A stretch of 64,000 nt of DNA from the human T2T-CHM13v2.0 reference genome, Homo sapiens: the NCBI RefSeq assembly GCF_009914755.1, contig NC_060932.1; one strand, 5' to 3'. Positions within the stretch are counted from its first letter, which is position 1, and each line of letters starts with the position of its first letter. Of this stretch, positions 16,601 through 30,400 are shown piece after piece. Position numbers and translations under genes: made by a program. The notes under the pieces are model-generated. The model had not been told where the DNA came from. It did not search any database and worked only from the letters and a program-made list of their open reading frames with translations.

Positions 16601-19600
16601 AACTCACCATGTGTACCAAAGTCTGTTGTCAGCATTGCTGAAGAGCAGAGGAGGCTGCACTCTGGAACAAGCATCAACTTGCAGAGAATTGAGAACGGGC
16701 CACATTGTGCTAATGGCACATTTGTATTTCCTTTAAAGGAAAAATGTAAAAAGCATGATATCTATGCCTAGCAGCTTTTTTTTTTTCTCAGATAGAGGTT
16801 TTATTTTTTCCCACTAAGTGAACATATGGAGTGCTAACCAGATTCTTTAGAAAAGCCATGTATTATCTCTAATATTGAATAATTTTCAGTGAAAGCTACA
16901 GTACTTCCGAAATGCCACCACCATCATAATCTTCCAGAAAGATTTAAAATATTATGGTAGCCAATCTCTTTCAGTCGGTCAAAACTCATGTCAAATGGCG
17001 TGCTCAGATAATGAACTCAAATGCAACTCCAAGCCTTACAACTCTGTTGTTGTTAAGGTTAGTGTCATTGAAGGTGGATATTTGTGCTTTTATTCCATGA
17101 ATAACTTATTGGGTTTTAGAATTAGGACTTTGTTTTTGGACATGAGTGAGTTGGTTTGTGTCATGGATGTAACATGAATCAGATCCAGTATGAGGCATTA
17201 CCTAGACTCTACATGAAGGGGCATTTGAAGAAACAGATACAGTGAACAAAAGACTTTGAATTTTTACTTGAATCTTTCAAACATAGAAGGAACTCAATTA
17301 AAAACCCGCAGCACATATCTCAATCATCTCTTCTCTTTTCTCCAACTGTAGCTCTGGAGGTCTTCACATGCCAAACCTTCAAAATTCTCCCCAGAACACA
17401 GCTCATGAGGCTTCACTGTGCCACTTCCTATTTACCCTTCTTCCTCAACTCTTTATACCGTAGATCAACTTGATTCTCTTGACTTAATTCCGTACTTGGC
17501 TTTGCTGTAACAAAGGAGAGCTCAATAAATGACTCAGCAAGGAAGATTTGTTTTTTTATTTTTTTCTCCTTTAGAATTCCATGTCTTTTATCCATTCTCT
17601 GGATGTAGCTTCATGGCAAGGTGTCAAAGACATACCTTAGAAAACAAGGGGGAAATTTAGCTGATCCTAGAAAGGCAATATTATGTGTGGTAAAGGGGGA
17701 AGAATACATGTGAGGTGAGAAAATCTACACATTAAAAAGTCATGTTGATAGATAGGGAATAGTTTTCATTAGAGGTTCTAGAAGTGGTGTAATTCTTCTC
17801 TCAGTTGATACGTCAGACCGCCCAGCTCAACCACTGTCAGCAACACTACCCATAGTCCTACTTTCTGCAGCCTGAAACAATAAACGAAAGCCCTTCACAT
17901 CCAGAAAATATACTGATTGAAATATCATCTTTGGGAAGTCTGTTCTAAAGACGCTAATTGATATTGTGTGAAGAAGTGTAAGTGTCTGTCATGAAAACCA
18001 TTTTAACGGCGGGCTTGTTTTCTTCTTCAGTTTGCGTAACTTGGCAGAGTGTTAACTTCCCCCTTAGAAAACCTAATTTGATTTATGGATGTTTTCAAAT
18101 TTTTAAGATTCTCCAAACTGTTGTTTCACCTGTAAGTAGAGAGATAGCTTGTTTGGCTAACTGCCTTGCATGACTCTGTGCCAGGCAATGAATAATGCCA
18201 TGTTCAATATTCTAAATTTGTGTTCCAAATTCTGAATTTCCAATGAGCTGCATGGAACTCTACTGATAAGTGACTGATTTTCCCTGCAAGGATTGTCTTA
18301 TTTTAAACTTCAAATTTAGTTGCCTTACTTTATGTAAGGCAATTTTGAATGGGTTTTAAAGTGCAGCTGAAGACTATTCATACCTTTCTAAACCTAGAAG
18401 GCAGGAGTAGTGAACTAACGATGGAAGGTATCTTATCTAAGAGGACTACAGGTCTTAACAGCAGCACACAGGGAACTCTCTTTCTTTTGAAATGTTGCTA
18501 GCCAACATTTAATAGAAACTTCAGGTACAAGGCATTACTGAAGTTGCTGGTATTCACCCCAAAGGATTTCTGTATATTTAAAAATACATACTGGTATACA
18601 TCGAACTGGAGCCGAGTAAACAATTAAGAATCATATGAGTGACCAGATATTTCTTCAGTACTTAAGTAGGCTGATCTAAAATTCTAAAGTTTGACTGAAC
18701 CTAAAAATGCTATTTACCAATTTTTGTCATCCTCTGCACTTTATCCTAGGGTGTATCCCAGCCTTTCCAGCATAAGGGGAAAGAGGGCTTGTCAATGGGG
18801 AATGTCTGAGTATTCCAAAATAATTTTGTGAACTTGGGCATCATTTTTTTTTCTCTTCTTCTGTTTTTTTGTTTCCAGGTTTTATGTCAGCCAGGACTGT
18901 ACCTAACCGACTCTGAGTTTGCATAGATTATGCAGCTCACTTATTTAATATAGATGGTTTGAGTACAAGTGCTTAGATAACTCACACAGCTTTCCACACT
19001 GACCTGGGTTGACCAGATTACTGCACATTCTCATATATCTCTTTAGCTTTGTAAACCTGTCAAGAGCTTAAAAACCAACAAGACTTTCTTAAAACTTAAA
19101 ATATATTTAATATCATTCATGTACTACATATTTTTGATTAAAAGTATAAAAGATGGCTTTTTTTTTTCCCTGTATGTAGGGACCACTGCTCTGGAAGAAA
19201 TGAGTATGTTAATTTCTGAAAAGAAAGACTCAGTATTTCTGTGGCTAGAACTGAGATTGGGCAGGCAGGATTCTTTTGTTTTCTGTGGTCATATCATATT
19301 GGTAGGTGATATTTTGTACATCATCAGAGGGATAAAACAAAACTGATGATAGTCTTCAATAGTGACTGAACCAGGAGAAAAATACAACATAGGGCAGTTA
19401 AGCTACCTATCAAATTACTGCCTGGTGGAGTTAGATCAGGGAAGTGTGTTAGTGCTGGCAGGCATTTTGAGTGAAGAGACAACTTGACAAGCTCTTTCTC
19501 CAAGCTAATTGGGTAGATGTGCTTAATATTGCTCCCTCTAGTGAGGGGAGGATAAAGGTATAAAGACAGACAAACCAGGGGAGGAGACCACTTCACATTT

Positions 19601-19792
19601 TGTTCTGACCTAGAATGTGGAGAACATGTAGGAGACAGATGCACCGAGATACAAAGCCAGCCATGAACTTGCTGCACAGAGGCCAGAGTGACTGATTTTC
19701 CTTTTGGTTACCCCTCATTTTCAGAACCATCTTATGTAAAACACCCATGAAATACAAGAATGAATTATTAAACTTAAAAAAGAGTAACTTGT

Positions 19793-20082
19793 GGCCGGGC
19801 GCGGTGGCTCATGCACTTTGGGAGGCCGAGGTGGGTGGATCACAAGGTCTGGAGATCAAGACCTTCCTGGCTAACACAGTGAAACCCCATCTCTACTAAA
19901 AAAATACAAAAAGTTAGCTGGGTGTGGTGGCATGTGCCTGTAGTCCCAGCTACTCGGGAGGCTGAGGCAGGAGAATCATCGCTTGAACCCGAAGGCAGAG
20001 TTGCAGTGAGCCAAGATCACGTCAGTGCACTCCAGTCTGAGTGACAGAGTGAGACTGTCTCAAACAAACAAACAAACAAACA
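19793..20082 (+). mobile_element. Alu (AluSc8/AluY-like left arm) with a 13-bp deletion and a (CAAA)n tail
   Basis: GGCCGGGCGCGG start; short TSD AACTTGT (19786-19792 and 20083-20089). Confidence 0.95.
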
Positions 20083-20699
20083 AACTTGTATTAACATCTC
20101 CATTGCCCCATTTGCACTCCAGAAATGGCTCATTGAGGGGAATTACAGTTTTCTGCAGAGATGTAGGGAAGTACTTTGAGTGGTAGAGGTAGAAGTGGTA
20201 ACATCTAGGGGAGAGTTTGTGTTTACTCGGACTGGGGATGGTATGGCAGAGGCCAGTAGCATAAAGAGCTTCATATGGAGACACTGGGTCTGAGAAAGGG
20301 AGTCACAGTCAGTGTGGCGGGGGCCAGGTGTGGATCTCTGAGAGTCCACTTGGAGTGATGGTGACTGAGACAGCATTGGCAAGTGCTCAGCTAGGTGCCA
20401 TGGACCAAGACATGTGAGGACTACAACAACCTTGGAGAAAAGAAGCTACTTCTCAGCCAGTTGTCTGGTACTGCGTAAGTTCAGCATTTTTATGAGGTAC
20501 GAAACGGATGACGGGCACCCCAGTGACTGAGATTGAAGTTCTCAGCAACCAAAAGATTAGGGGTTTAAAACAAAAATTTGATTCAGAGAAACTTAATAAA
20601 AGTGACACTTTTAAAACTCTGATATTTTAGTGTTAAATTCTTCTGTGTTTTGGAGGAAAGATCTATAAAACGCCAAGTTCAGAGCATGGTTTATGACAG

Positions 20700-20830
20700 G
20701 TGTTCATTTATTTCTTCAGAAAATGTTTATTGGGTACCTACCCTGTGCCAGACTCCATGCCAGATCTTGGACGTAGTGAGTCATAAATAAAACAAGACTC
20801 AATTCCTGTGCTCATGGAGCTTACCTAAAT
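20700..20830 (-). mobile_element. L2 3' end
   Basis: 'aaatgtttattgggtacctaccctgtgccagac...ttcctgtgctcatggagcttac'. Confidence 0.7.
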
Positions 20831-21054
20831 CAATGGGGCTCACTCCATTCATATTTAGTTACATGAGGGGAGCCAGGCTTAAGGACGAAGATGACTCACA
20901 GATGAGGTCAAAGCCAAGGAAACCACAGGGAGGTAGAGTCACTGGCCTGATGACACTGTGAAAGTCTGGTTTAAATCCCTGCTGGGAGTCCTACCTCTCG
21001 ACTTTCAACTACAGGGAGAAAGAAATTCCCCTGCACGTGCATGCGCACACACAT

Positions 21055-21166
21055 TCTCTCTCTCCCCCACAAACCCTTTCTCTCTCCCCCACACACCCTT
21101 TCTCTCTCCCCCAACCTTTCTCTCTCCTCCCCCACTCCTCTTTCTCTCTCTTCCTCTCTCTCTCAC
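21055..21166. repeat. CT-rich polypyrimidine low-complexity tract
   Basis: Directly visible; repeated 'ctttctctctcccc'. Confidence 0.85.
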
Positions 21167-22275
21167 CATTTCTTTCTTACTAAGCCAGTTGGAGAGTTCT
21201 AACACTTGGAACAAAAGATTATTTACTAAAACACCCAGAAAAGAAGAGAATGGCCAGATGTGTATCATATTTAAGGATGGTAAATCAGAAAAATCAACCA
21301 GTCCAAGGAAACTTAAGCATGTTTGCATAGCCTCAAGACCAGAAAGGAAAGCTGTTCAAAGAAAAGCCCAGTGAGTTGCATGTAATTGGCATGTGATAAA
21401 GAGTGGTTTACTTGAGTAGGGTGAAGTTAAGCTTTACCAATATTATAAATCAGATGACTAATAAAGAGAATGCTTTTAAGGAAGACGCAGTGATGGTTAC
21501 AGGCTAGAGGAAACTCTCCATCGTTAAGCATTCATAGAAAAGAGTGAAGGAGGCACCCATACACCAGCAGGAAAACGACAGGATAGAACAGCCCTGTAAG
21601 AATTCCATTATATTCTAGACCAAAGCTCTAAGATGCTGAGGTTTGTGAAAACTGCTAAGAATCATAAAAAGGAATTTTAAAAAGTTACAGAATAAGCTCT
21701 CCTAACTGACCTCTGCCTAATGACATGCCAGATTAACTGACACTCTTTATTCTGTTTTTTAAACATCCTGCCTAAAGACCTCAGCCCACTGAAGGCTCCT
21801 GATTGAATCCCAGGCTCTTTCTAATGTGCCTGTGCATACTAGGCAAGCCTGCAGTTGGAACTGCATGCAACTGGGGATTCCACTTCGTTTCTCCCAGTTC
21901 ATGGCAGTTTTATGTGCCATAGTAGTGAAATATTATGTGAATTCATGAAATGATTAGAAAAGTTTAAAAATTCTAAATTGAGTGTTTTAAAAGACTTTGT
22001 AAAAATAAGTTGCTAAAATAGTATAAATGAATAATAAAAATGAGATAAAATAAAGAACAATAAAGGAAACCACACTATAACCAAAGTTTCTCTTGTTAGT
22101 GTTCTAAGTTTTTACCACACTTTAAGAAATCAAAAGTGGAAGATTGGGGCCTATGTTTTTGAGTCATGGCATATGGAGGAAAGCAGGGCAGAACTCCAAG
22201 CAGGAGATTCACACTCAAAAAACAGGCTCTTACTCTATATCAAAGGAATGGGGGAAAATGTACATTTAGATTGTT

Positions 22276-22277
<2 letters not shown>

Positions 22278-22309
<32 letters not shown>
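22278..22309. repeat. (AC)16 microsatellite
   Basis: Directly visible. Confidence 0.97.
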
Positions 22310-22311
<2 letters not shown>

Positions 22312-22589
22312 AAATCTACCCACTACACTAGGTGGATCACATTAATTAAGGAATTTCTACTATGTGTTCAGAGGAAAAACATCAAGATGGAGCAGATCTG
22401 TATAGGACATTTTGTGTTATGCTAACTGATGAAGTCCACAGAGAGAGCTATGCAACCCTGTTTTTGTTCCATCTCTTCTGTCAGGAAGAGTGCTCTTTAT
22501 ATTAGAAATAACAGAACCATTCTAGTTAAGAGGGAATTAACAAACAACGCAGGTGAAAAAAGTGCCAAGATGTTTTAAAAGTTTAGTTC

Positions 22590-23560
22590 TTCAGGCTTTA
22601 GTAAATTCATTCTACAGGTTTCAAGAGGAGATATAGTTGAACTCTAAAGAATGGTAAAAAATAGAAGAAATAATAGACGATTTGTTCTAAGTTTCCAAAA
22701 GGGAAGAATTTGGATTCAGTATGTTTGATTCAATGCTAGGGAAACACTGGAATGTATTATTAAATGTATTATTTATGAGAACTTAGAAACAAAATCAGTG
22801 ATCACTTAGAAATCACATCAAAACAATCTCAAATCCTTCTTATTTTATAATATGCTGATGAAATCACAGGAAACAGCCAGAAAACTCTAGACATAGGACT
22901 TCAGCATATTTATTATGATATTCTGATGGACAACCAGAGGTCATATGGAAAGAGCTGGCATTGATTGAAGGACTCTATCCAGAGTAGAGTAAATGCTAGA
23001 CTAAAGAAAGGCTTATATTGGTACAATTACATTTTCCTCTTTGTCTTTCTTAGCTGACTTCATCAAATAGTACTGATCAGATTTTCAGATGACAGGAGAC
23101 AAGAAGAAATGTTTAAGATGAAGGGTGATAGAATCAGAATCAAAACAACGTGACCAAATAGAGTAACAGACTGAGGTCTGTTAAGACTAAAATCCAGCAA
23201 GATTGGATTTAATTGGACATAACTCATGTAGTTATGAGGAGTTGAATTTGAAACTCATTTATCCAGGTTGGTTCACTAGGAAGTCTTGTAGCAGCCATGG
23301 AAGCATCATTAAGGGATCTTATTGTTAATGTTATGCAATTGGCAATGTCTACCTTATAACATGTTGAGGCTATAAATCATTAGCCATTAGACACAGTGTC
23401 TAGAGTTGTATGTCAAATATTCTCAGTTCTCATTCCAATCAGTTGCAGAGCATCCTGCACAGAATGGAGACTAGCTATTGGGGAAATCTGGGCAGCGTGT
23501 GGATATTCAGAATTCCAGAGAGAGCTTCAGGTCATAATCTTGTGAAATCTATTCGTATGA
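22590..23560 (+). mobile_element. L3/CR1 LINE relic; boundaries approximate
   Basis: Decayed blocks 'ttccaaaagggaag', 'gggaaacactggaatgtattattaaa', 'tatgatattctgatggacaa' and 'agattttcagatgacag...gatagaatcagaatcaaaa' in CR1 RT order. Confidence 0.55.
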
Positions 23561-24899
23561 AAAGGACCTCTAAGGAAAGTGTATCCAGAGAAAACAGAGT
23601 GAAAGCTAGCCAGCAAACAAGTACCCATGGATGGCACTGGAGTCCCAGAAGTAGGGCCATGGTCAAAATTAGACAGATTAGAAACCTAGACTGAGCCTTT
23701 ATTGATGGACTCAGTGAAGGCAGGAGAAATGAGTTAGGGATTGACCAAAGAGACCATGTAAAGACAGTAAAATAGAAGCACTTAGAACAGTAATTCAAAG
23801 TTCTACGTTAAGTTCTAAGTTAGGAATGGGCCTAAGCTTGGGCTTCCCAGTGATGATCAGCAGCACTTGCACATTTTTCTTTTGGCAACACCAATCTGCT
23901 TTCCATTTGGGAATTCCCTGTCACCCACTGTGTATTCTTTGTGGGACTACAAACCAAGCCACCTTGCCTTTCTCTAACCAGCATGAGGATGTGACCCAAG
24001 ATAAGACACTGGACTCTGTCTGGACTTTGAGCTTTAAACAAAGTGGGATGCAAGAATAAATACAAGTACAGTGAAAATTCTTTCTTCTCATTTTTGGTTC
24101 AAACAAAGGTCTGTTTAGGTTCTTATTTTTCTGTTCCTAGTTCTCCTACCTTCTTGGTGATTATTCAACCTTTGAAGGAAGTTATTTGCTGCTAGAGAAA
24201 ATGAAAATTGGCCAAATACTATGGTATAACACGTTGGGTTGCTGTTTGTATATTAAACCTCAAGCTGCTTTCTGGGGGAAAGTCTGGCTTTTCCTATGGG
24301 TACCCGGGGAGGCTACCTCCAGATTGCCTTTCTCCACCAAATCATTTTGACACACTTGTGCATCACCATCGATTGTGTGGTGTGATATGAATGATTTGTT
24401 TCTGTAGAGTAGTGATGTTTGTGAGTAGCTTATATTTTCTTATAAATTAAATCAGATCCAAGACACTCTTTACAACAAATTCACTCCCATTCTAACTAAC
24501 TTGGTTGCAAATAGGCTTTCTTAAGTGGGAGAGAAAAGTCTGGAATGACTGGCAATTAATGGAATTATTCAGAGTCTGGTGTTGGCTGATGGGAATGCGT
24601 CATGATAGGAATCTCTCACGTGTATCACTATAAGCTGACTGCTTTCTAGAGCATAGTGAAGTCATCAGCTGAGAGATGAGTAATATTACCTTTAGGAATC
24701 TAAATTCCATCCTGAATAAAGCTTCCCAGCCTAGCTTGTGGCTATATAATCAGATAATAGTACCTTAGTTTGTTAAAGAATCATCTATACTGATACGTCC
24801 TTTAACATTTTACCCTCTAGTTTCTTTTTATAAGGACACATGAGAAAAACATACTAAGTTCTTACTACATGTACTGCAAAATACTACTGAGGACACTGC

Positions 24900-25220
24900 T
24901 TGCCATGTTTTCAAAAAATATATTTTTAGTACCTTCTGTGTTTCAGATTCTGTGATAATCTCCAGGTATACGATGAGAATAAGGACAGACCCAGTTGCTC
25001 AACTCATGGACCTTGCATTCTAGAGGTGGAGACACATTAATCAAGCAATCACAAAATTAGATGTATGATTACAAATTAATAATTGGTATGAAGAAAAGAC
25101 ATAAACAGTGTTGTGAGTGCTTTGACAATGGACTGTCTTCAGTCTAGGGAGGACTTTCTGGGAATCTGAAGGATGATTTAACAGCTGAAGGATGAGTGGA
25201 AGGCAAGCAGGAATAAAGTC
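24900..25220 (-). mobile_element. L2 fragment
   Basis: 'tttagtaccttctgtgtttcag...ctcatggaccttgcattctag...agctgaaggatgagtggaag'. Confidence 0.6.
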
Positions 25221-26289
25221 AGAGCAGGGACTTCCATCACACATTTGCTGGATATTTGGGTACTGTTATTGTCTCTTTACCTTTCTTCAACTCCTATATC
25301 CAATTTGGACTCTGCGTAAGTTGTGTTTTTTTTTACCTTGGAAAATCTGTCCAAGGCAGAAGGAGGCTTATCTTTGCTATATTTTGAACAATGAAATAGT
25401 TTATCTTATTTTTTTTTAGGAACATTCCCTCCCTAGCTTGAATTCAAATCTTTTTTTAATTGATCTGTTTTGTGAATTTTGGTTACTATGACAATAAATT
25501 GATTCACTTCAAAAGCTATTAACAGCAGATTGGCTATTCTGTTTTCTTCGTTGAGAATATTATAATAGGTAAAATGTCAGCAATAAGCAAGAAAATTCCA
25601 GGGACAGAGAAAAATGGCACAGGAACTTGGCAAGATATGATATGCCTCCTGATGCATTATAGAATTTAATTTCTGATGGATAATTGAGAGATATTAATTC
25701 ATCCCATGTGAGAAACCAGAAGCACAGGTTTAAGAACGGTAACCTTTCTTTGGTTTTCACCTAATTTCATTCAATACTTCAAATCAACATTTATTGATCT
25801 TCCACTATGAGCCAAGAACTGTTCTAACTACTAAAAATAAAAAGATGAATAAGACAGACTCTTCATCCAATGATGAAGCTACAAGCCTGAATTGTCATGG
25901 GCACAATGGAGAAACATTAAAGTCAGAAAAAAACATGAAGCTGATGCCAGGTATGTTTCCTTTCTTTTATGCACCATATCATAAAAAAGACAAGAGCACA
26001 CCTGAGCCAATGACAATGTCTTCAGTGTATTTTCCATTTTCTAAAAACAGTGGATGTGAGGTAAATATATTGTTCAAACCACTACCTGATGGTAAAAATA
26101 CCATCACCATGGACACTCAGTACAAAGTCGAGAAGGTCCATGAATTACATACCCTGAGAAGAGGATATGTCCATGAGTTCCCAACCAAGAACTTTCTGCC
26201 TTAGTTAAGAGCTGGCCTGACTTTAGGGCCAGAATGCCTCCACTCAACATTCCAGCACTGCCAGTTGACAGCCATGTAATGTTGGGTGT

Positions 26290-26427
26290 GCCACCTATTC
26301 TGAGTTTCAGTTTCCTCATCTGTAAAATGAGGATAACAGTACTAGTATCTAACTTAGGGGGCTATCATGAGAAATACATTAATATTTATAAAGCTGTTTG
26401 AATAATGACTAGCAAATGGTAAATACC
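26290..26427 (+). mobile_element. MIR core fragment
   Basis: 'tctgagtttcagtttcctcatctgtaaaatgaggataacagta'. Confidence 0.75.
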
Positions 26428-26476
26428 CATGTATGTATGCGTGTGTGTGTGTGTGTGTGTGCGCGCGCATGTATGT
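26428..26476. repeat. (GT)10(GC)4 within a 49-bp unbroken purine-pyrimidine alternation
   Basis: Directly visible. Confidence 0.95.
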
Positions 26477-27249
26477 TTGTGGTAAAATGAATATGGCACA
26501 CTTAAGGCTGAAATGAGTTTTTCTTTAAAGGGAAAGGACCAAGATCAGAAATCCAAAGGAAACACCCAGCTTACTTTAGACCTTGCCTTTAGGCTTTTTT
26601 CACATTCCAATTGCAATGCACTGGAGAATATTGTCAGCGTGGGATGCAGTCCTAGGCCACAAGTCTGTACAGTCCTTTGCACCTGGTCCTGTGATGGCAG
26701 AGCCTTTCATCTCATCTTTATTTTTTTTTTTTTTTTTACTATGACTATGACTATGTTATCTTCAAATTAAATTATCTGTTATCACTTTTGTTGTCAAATG
26801 ACCACTTCTGCACTTGAACTTCTGCATATACCTTCCTTCTGAGTTCTGATTTGCCTTTCTTGACTGTGGCATCACCATGGCACCCACACCAGCATCAGGA
26901 AGTCTATTCAGCTGTCTCTTGATCTCCTTCATCACGATGATGTGCAGATTTTCAGCTTCTGTCCCATCAGCATAGTGGATCACTGGTCCTAAGGAAGACC
27001 AAGGGCAATCTGCAAGTTTGCCTCAGAGGACCCACCATGTCCTGGCCTCAACACTTTTAATGCTGGAAAGGGACAGAAGGGAAGTGGGTACACAGGACAT
27101 TGGGATATGAATTTTGACACCCCGTCCACTCTCTTCACATCGTAGTTCTCTAATCCTGAAAGGTTAAAACATGAAAGGTTTAACATGTTCCCAGTCTTAA
27201 AAGTCTCATTTGATCATGCTGGGTTAGAAACTCATAGCAATTAAGAATA

Positions 27250-27450
27250 GCAACTACAATTTCTTAAGCACTTACATTGAGCCAATACCATTATGAGCAA
27301 TTGACATAAATTAACCCCATTTGTATGCACATTTTAAAGATGAGGATGCTGAAGCTCAGAGGACTTAAAATATTGCTCACATTCAAATAACTAGTAATCG
27401 GCAAATCCCGTATTGGAGTTCAGATCTGCAAAACTGCAGAGTCTGTTTTC
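27250..27450 (-). mobile_element. MIR fragment
   Basis: 'cattttaaagatgaggatgctgaagctcagaggacttaaaatattgctcac'. Confidence 0.65.
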
Positions 27451-30400
27451 TTCCTATTGTCACAAAATTTCTTCAGTCTTCAAGTCACTTCTACTTCATT
27501 TCCTACAGGGAAGAAAATAGATTGACTTCATAGCTTATTATCGTCCATCATCTTTCAATTATCCAGGATCTATTTTCCAATTTCTGAAATATCTTTCCCT
27601 CTTATTGATCAATCTCTTTTATACTATTTACTCTTTATATATTAAATGGCTTATGAGTAAGTTTCCTGAACCATGAAATGTGGAAGGACTAAAGTTTGAA
27701 ATCAGTGAGTATTCTTATCCAAAACTTATAAAACAATTCTAATATAAGAGAAGCCTAAAGGCAAGGCCTAAAATGCCACACTGTTGAGAATGTAAAAAGT
27801 GTTTGAAGGCTGCTACTTTTAGAAGCTTTGTGTTTTTGTAAGTTTCCTATGTAGGTTTAGTGTGCCTCCCCATTCTGCTAACTCCCCACCCCACCCTGGT
27901 CTTATTTTCCTTTTAATTTGCATAGCAAATTTTTTCTTAATCAGTAATGAAAAGTAGCATTTAGTCTCACGCAGGACATAATATCATGAATTCTGCATTA
28001 GTGGAAGCCAAATTAATAAAGTTTTACCGTATCAAATTCCTGCCTTATTTTTTCTATTGTTCCTAGGTTTATTAGTTTTCTTTTGTTGAGTATTTACACC
28101 TCCATAACGAAGGAAGATTACTTAACAAATGACCTTCCCAAATGACAGAAATACCAGTATATGTAAAGCAAAGGCCAGTAAACAGCAATGACTCACGTTG
28201 ATCTTAACTTTGTTGAAAGCATCATTGTGTTCCTTGGCATGAGGAAAAGTCATACTTTAAGTCTTTCAAATGCAATAATAAGAGGCTGTAGTGCTTTAGG
28301 AAACTGGAATCTGGAAGTCATAGGATGGGTCAAGAGACCAGTTCCTTCTCTAAGGAGCCTGGGTAGAAGGAAAAATAGCAGCATTGTGCTAGAGGTCTAA
28401 TGAGACACTGCCACCAGGGGCTCTCCTGCTGAACTCCCGTGTAACCTACTGAATGCTTTGAAAAAACCTACTTAGGTAATTCTACAGTTGTGAATTGGCA
28501 AATTGGCCAGAGTCCTGAATAGCCTTGAATTTAAGTCTGAAAGGAGGAAAAAAGGATATTTTATCAGGTCTTGTAAACTTATTTGGTTTTCCTCAGAGTC
28601 CAGACCATCACAAAACACCCATTTTGACTTTGAATATGTCTTACACAACCTCCATGAGGCCATCGAATTCTTACCTATTTATATGCAGACAAATGTGTGA
28701 TGTGTGTGTATGTATGTGTGTCTATGGGGGTGGCAGGGTAAATCTTTTCAAGTGCAAAAGTTTAATGTTTTGGCTTATTTTGGGTCCTGCAAAATAACTT
28801 AAAATGGTCATACATAAGTGACATAAATTTATTGGCTTGCATTCCTAATTTTTTTTTCCAGAATAAAAAAGCTTTACAAAAATTACCTGTGGGTCCCAAC
28901 ACTTCTCTCCCCCAATTTTGGAATTGCTTTTTTGTTTATTTTGAGGTTGAGGGTTATCTATGACTTATTGGCAGACTCCAGTTCAATCAATTTAGAAAGA
29001 ACTTTTAGGGCTGAGTTATTTTTAAATGCCTGAAAATGAGAGAGCTGTGAATGGAAATCTAATCACAACTTAACCTGTAGTCATGCAAACAGTCAGCTAT
29101 GAAATCAAATTAGTTTCCAACCCTCTTAACCCATTAATGCTTACTGACTAGCTGTGTTGGCCAAACATCATTTTTCAAAGAGCAGGAAAAGGGAAAGGCA
29201 CATATCTGGATGGGGGTGCGGTGGATAGGAAGGGAGTGGTGCTGCGGATGCAAAGAAGGAAATCTCTAGGATACAACAATTTCCTCATAGACACAAGCAT
29301 GCAAGCTTCCATAAGCATATATCTTCCTGTGTTACACATTGTTCATGGTTTTTTCATGAAGCCTTTCCCTAGTAAATATCAAGCAAAAAACTGTATTGTC
29401 CTAGTTCAACTGCATCTGATTTTGAATACTTGACATTTTACAGATTCAGCCTCTGCTGTCCTTGTGATTGGACTTGCTAAAAAACAGTCTCACGATTTCT
29501 TGGGGTTTTATGTCCATTTGAAAAATATATAACTTTGGCTGGCTCTCTGTCTAGCAAACCTCTATTATCTTTCCCATTTTGCAGGTTTCCATCACTATTT
29601 CCGTTCTCTCTTTTTTCTTTTTTTTTTTCTTTTTTTTTTTTTTTGCCTTTGACTCTATCTCCTTTTTCCTGCCACTTTGCAGGGTACTCTGATCCTTTTC
29701 ATATGCTCAGCTCAACTTTAATTCTGCTACTATCCTAAGAGCTGCATCAACAAACAACCAAAAAAGTATCCAGAAAGGCTACTCTGGGGAAAAATAGTTG
29801 TCTAAATGTGTAAGAATTTGAATTAGTGATCAGCGTGCATGTAAGAAAGGAGGTGTATGTGTTTGTGTGTATGTCTCTCTAACACATGTCTAAATGTCTG
29901 GTGTCAATACAGGTGGTTAACTAACTGATATGTGTTAGTTTTCTTTCTTTTATTTTTGTACTTAGGCCTCTTCAGAAAAGTCAGGCATTCTGTTATGACA
30001 CATACACCAACTACTGCAAAATAACAACTGAATTAAAATTCTCTACTTCATTAAATTATCAAGGCTCATTTCTTACCTCCTGAGTTGCCACCCCAACTAA
30101 TCTGAATCTAGACCAGTGTAACAAACCTGCATGAATAAGGAAAATCCAGTTTGGCATTCAATGAAAGCCATGCTTGACTATTTCATCTCTTGGTAGAAAA
30201 GGCAAGCTTGTTAAATGTTGCTTTATTGCCAAGTGGTAATTACCCCCAAATGATTTCCTGGGGTTGGACCAAGCCTCTTTTATGAACATTTACCTCCAAT
30301 GTCAGAGTATGAGCGAGAGTAGAAACAGTCTTTCTTTTTCTTACACATGCTTTCATAAAGATGAAAAAAGGAAAGCCAAAGTAAACATGTTCTGTTCCTT

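Noticed and set aside
20958-21374. 138-aa and 107-aa ORFs
   Set aside because: Open only because the CT/GA-rich low-complexity tract lacks stop codons.
28408-28425. CTCF-like CCACCAGGGGCTC
   Set aside because: One G short of the CCACCAGGGGGCGC core, which puts the 3' half out of register; not supportable without ChIP data.
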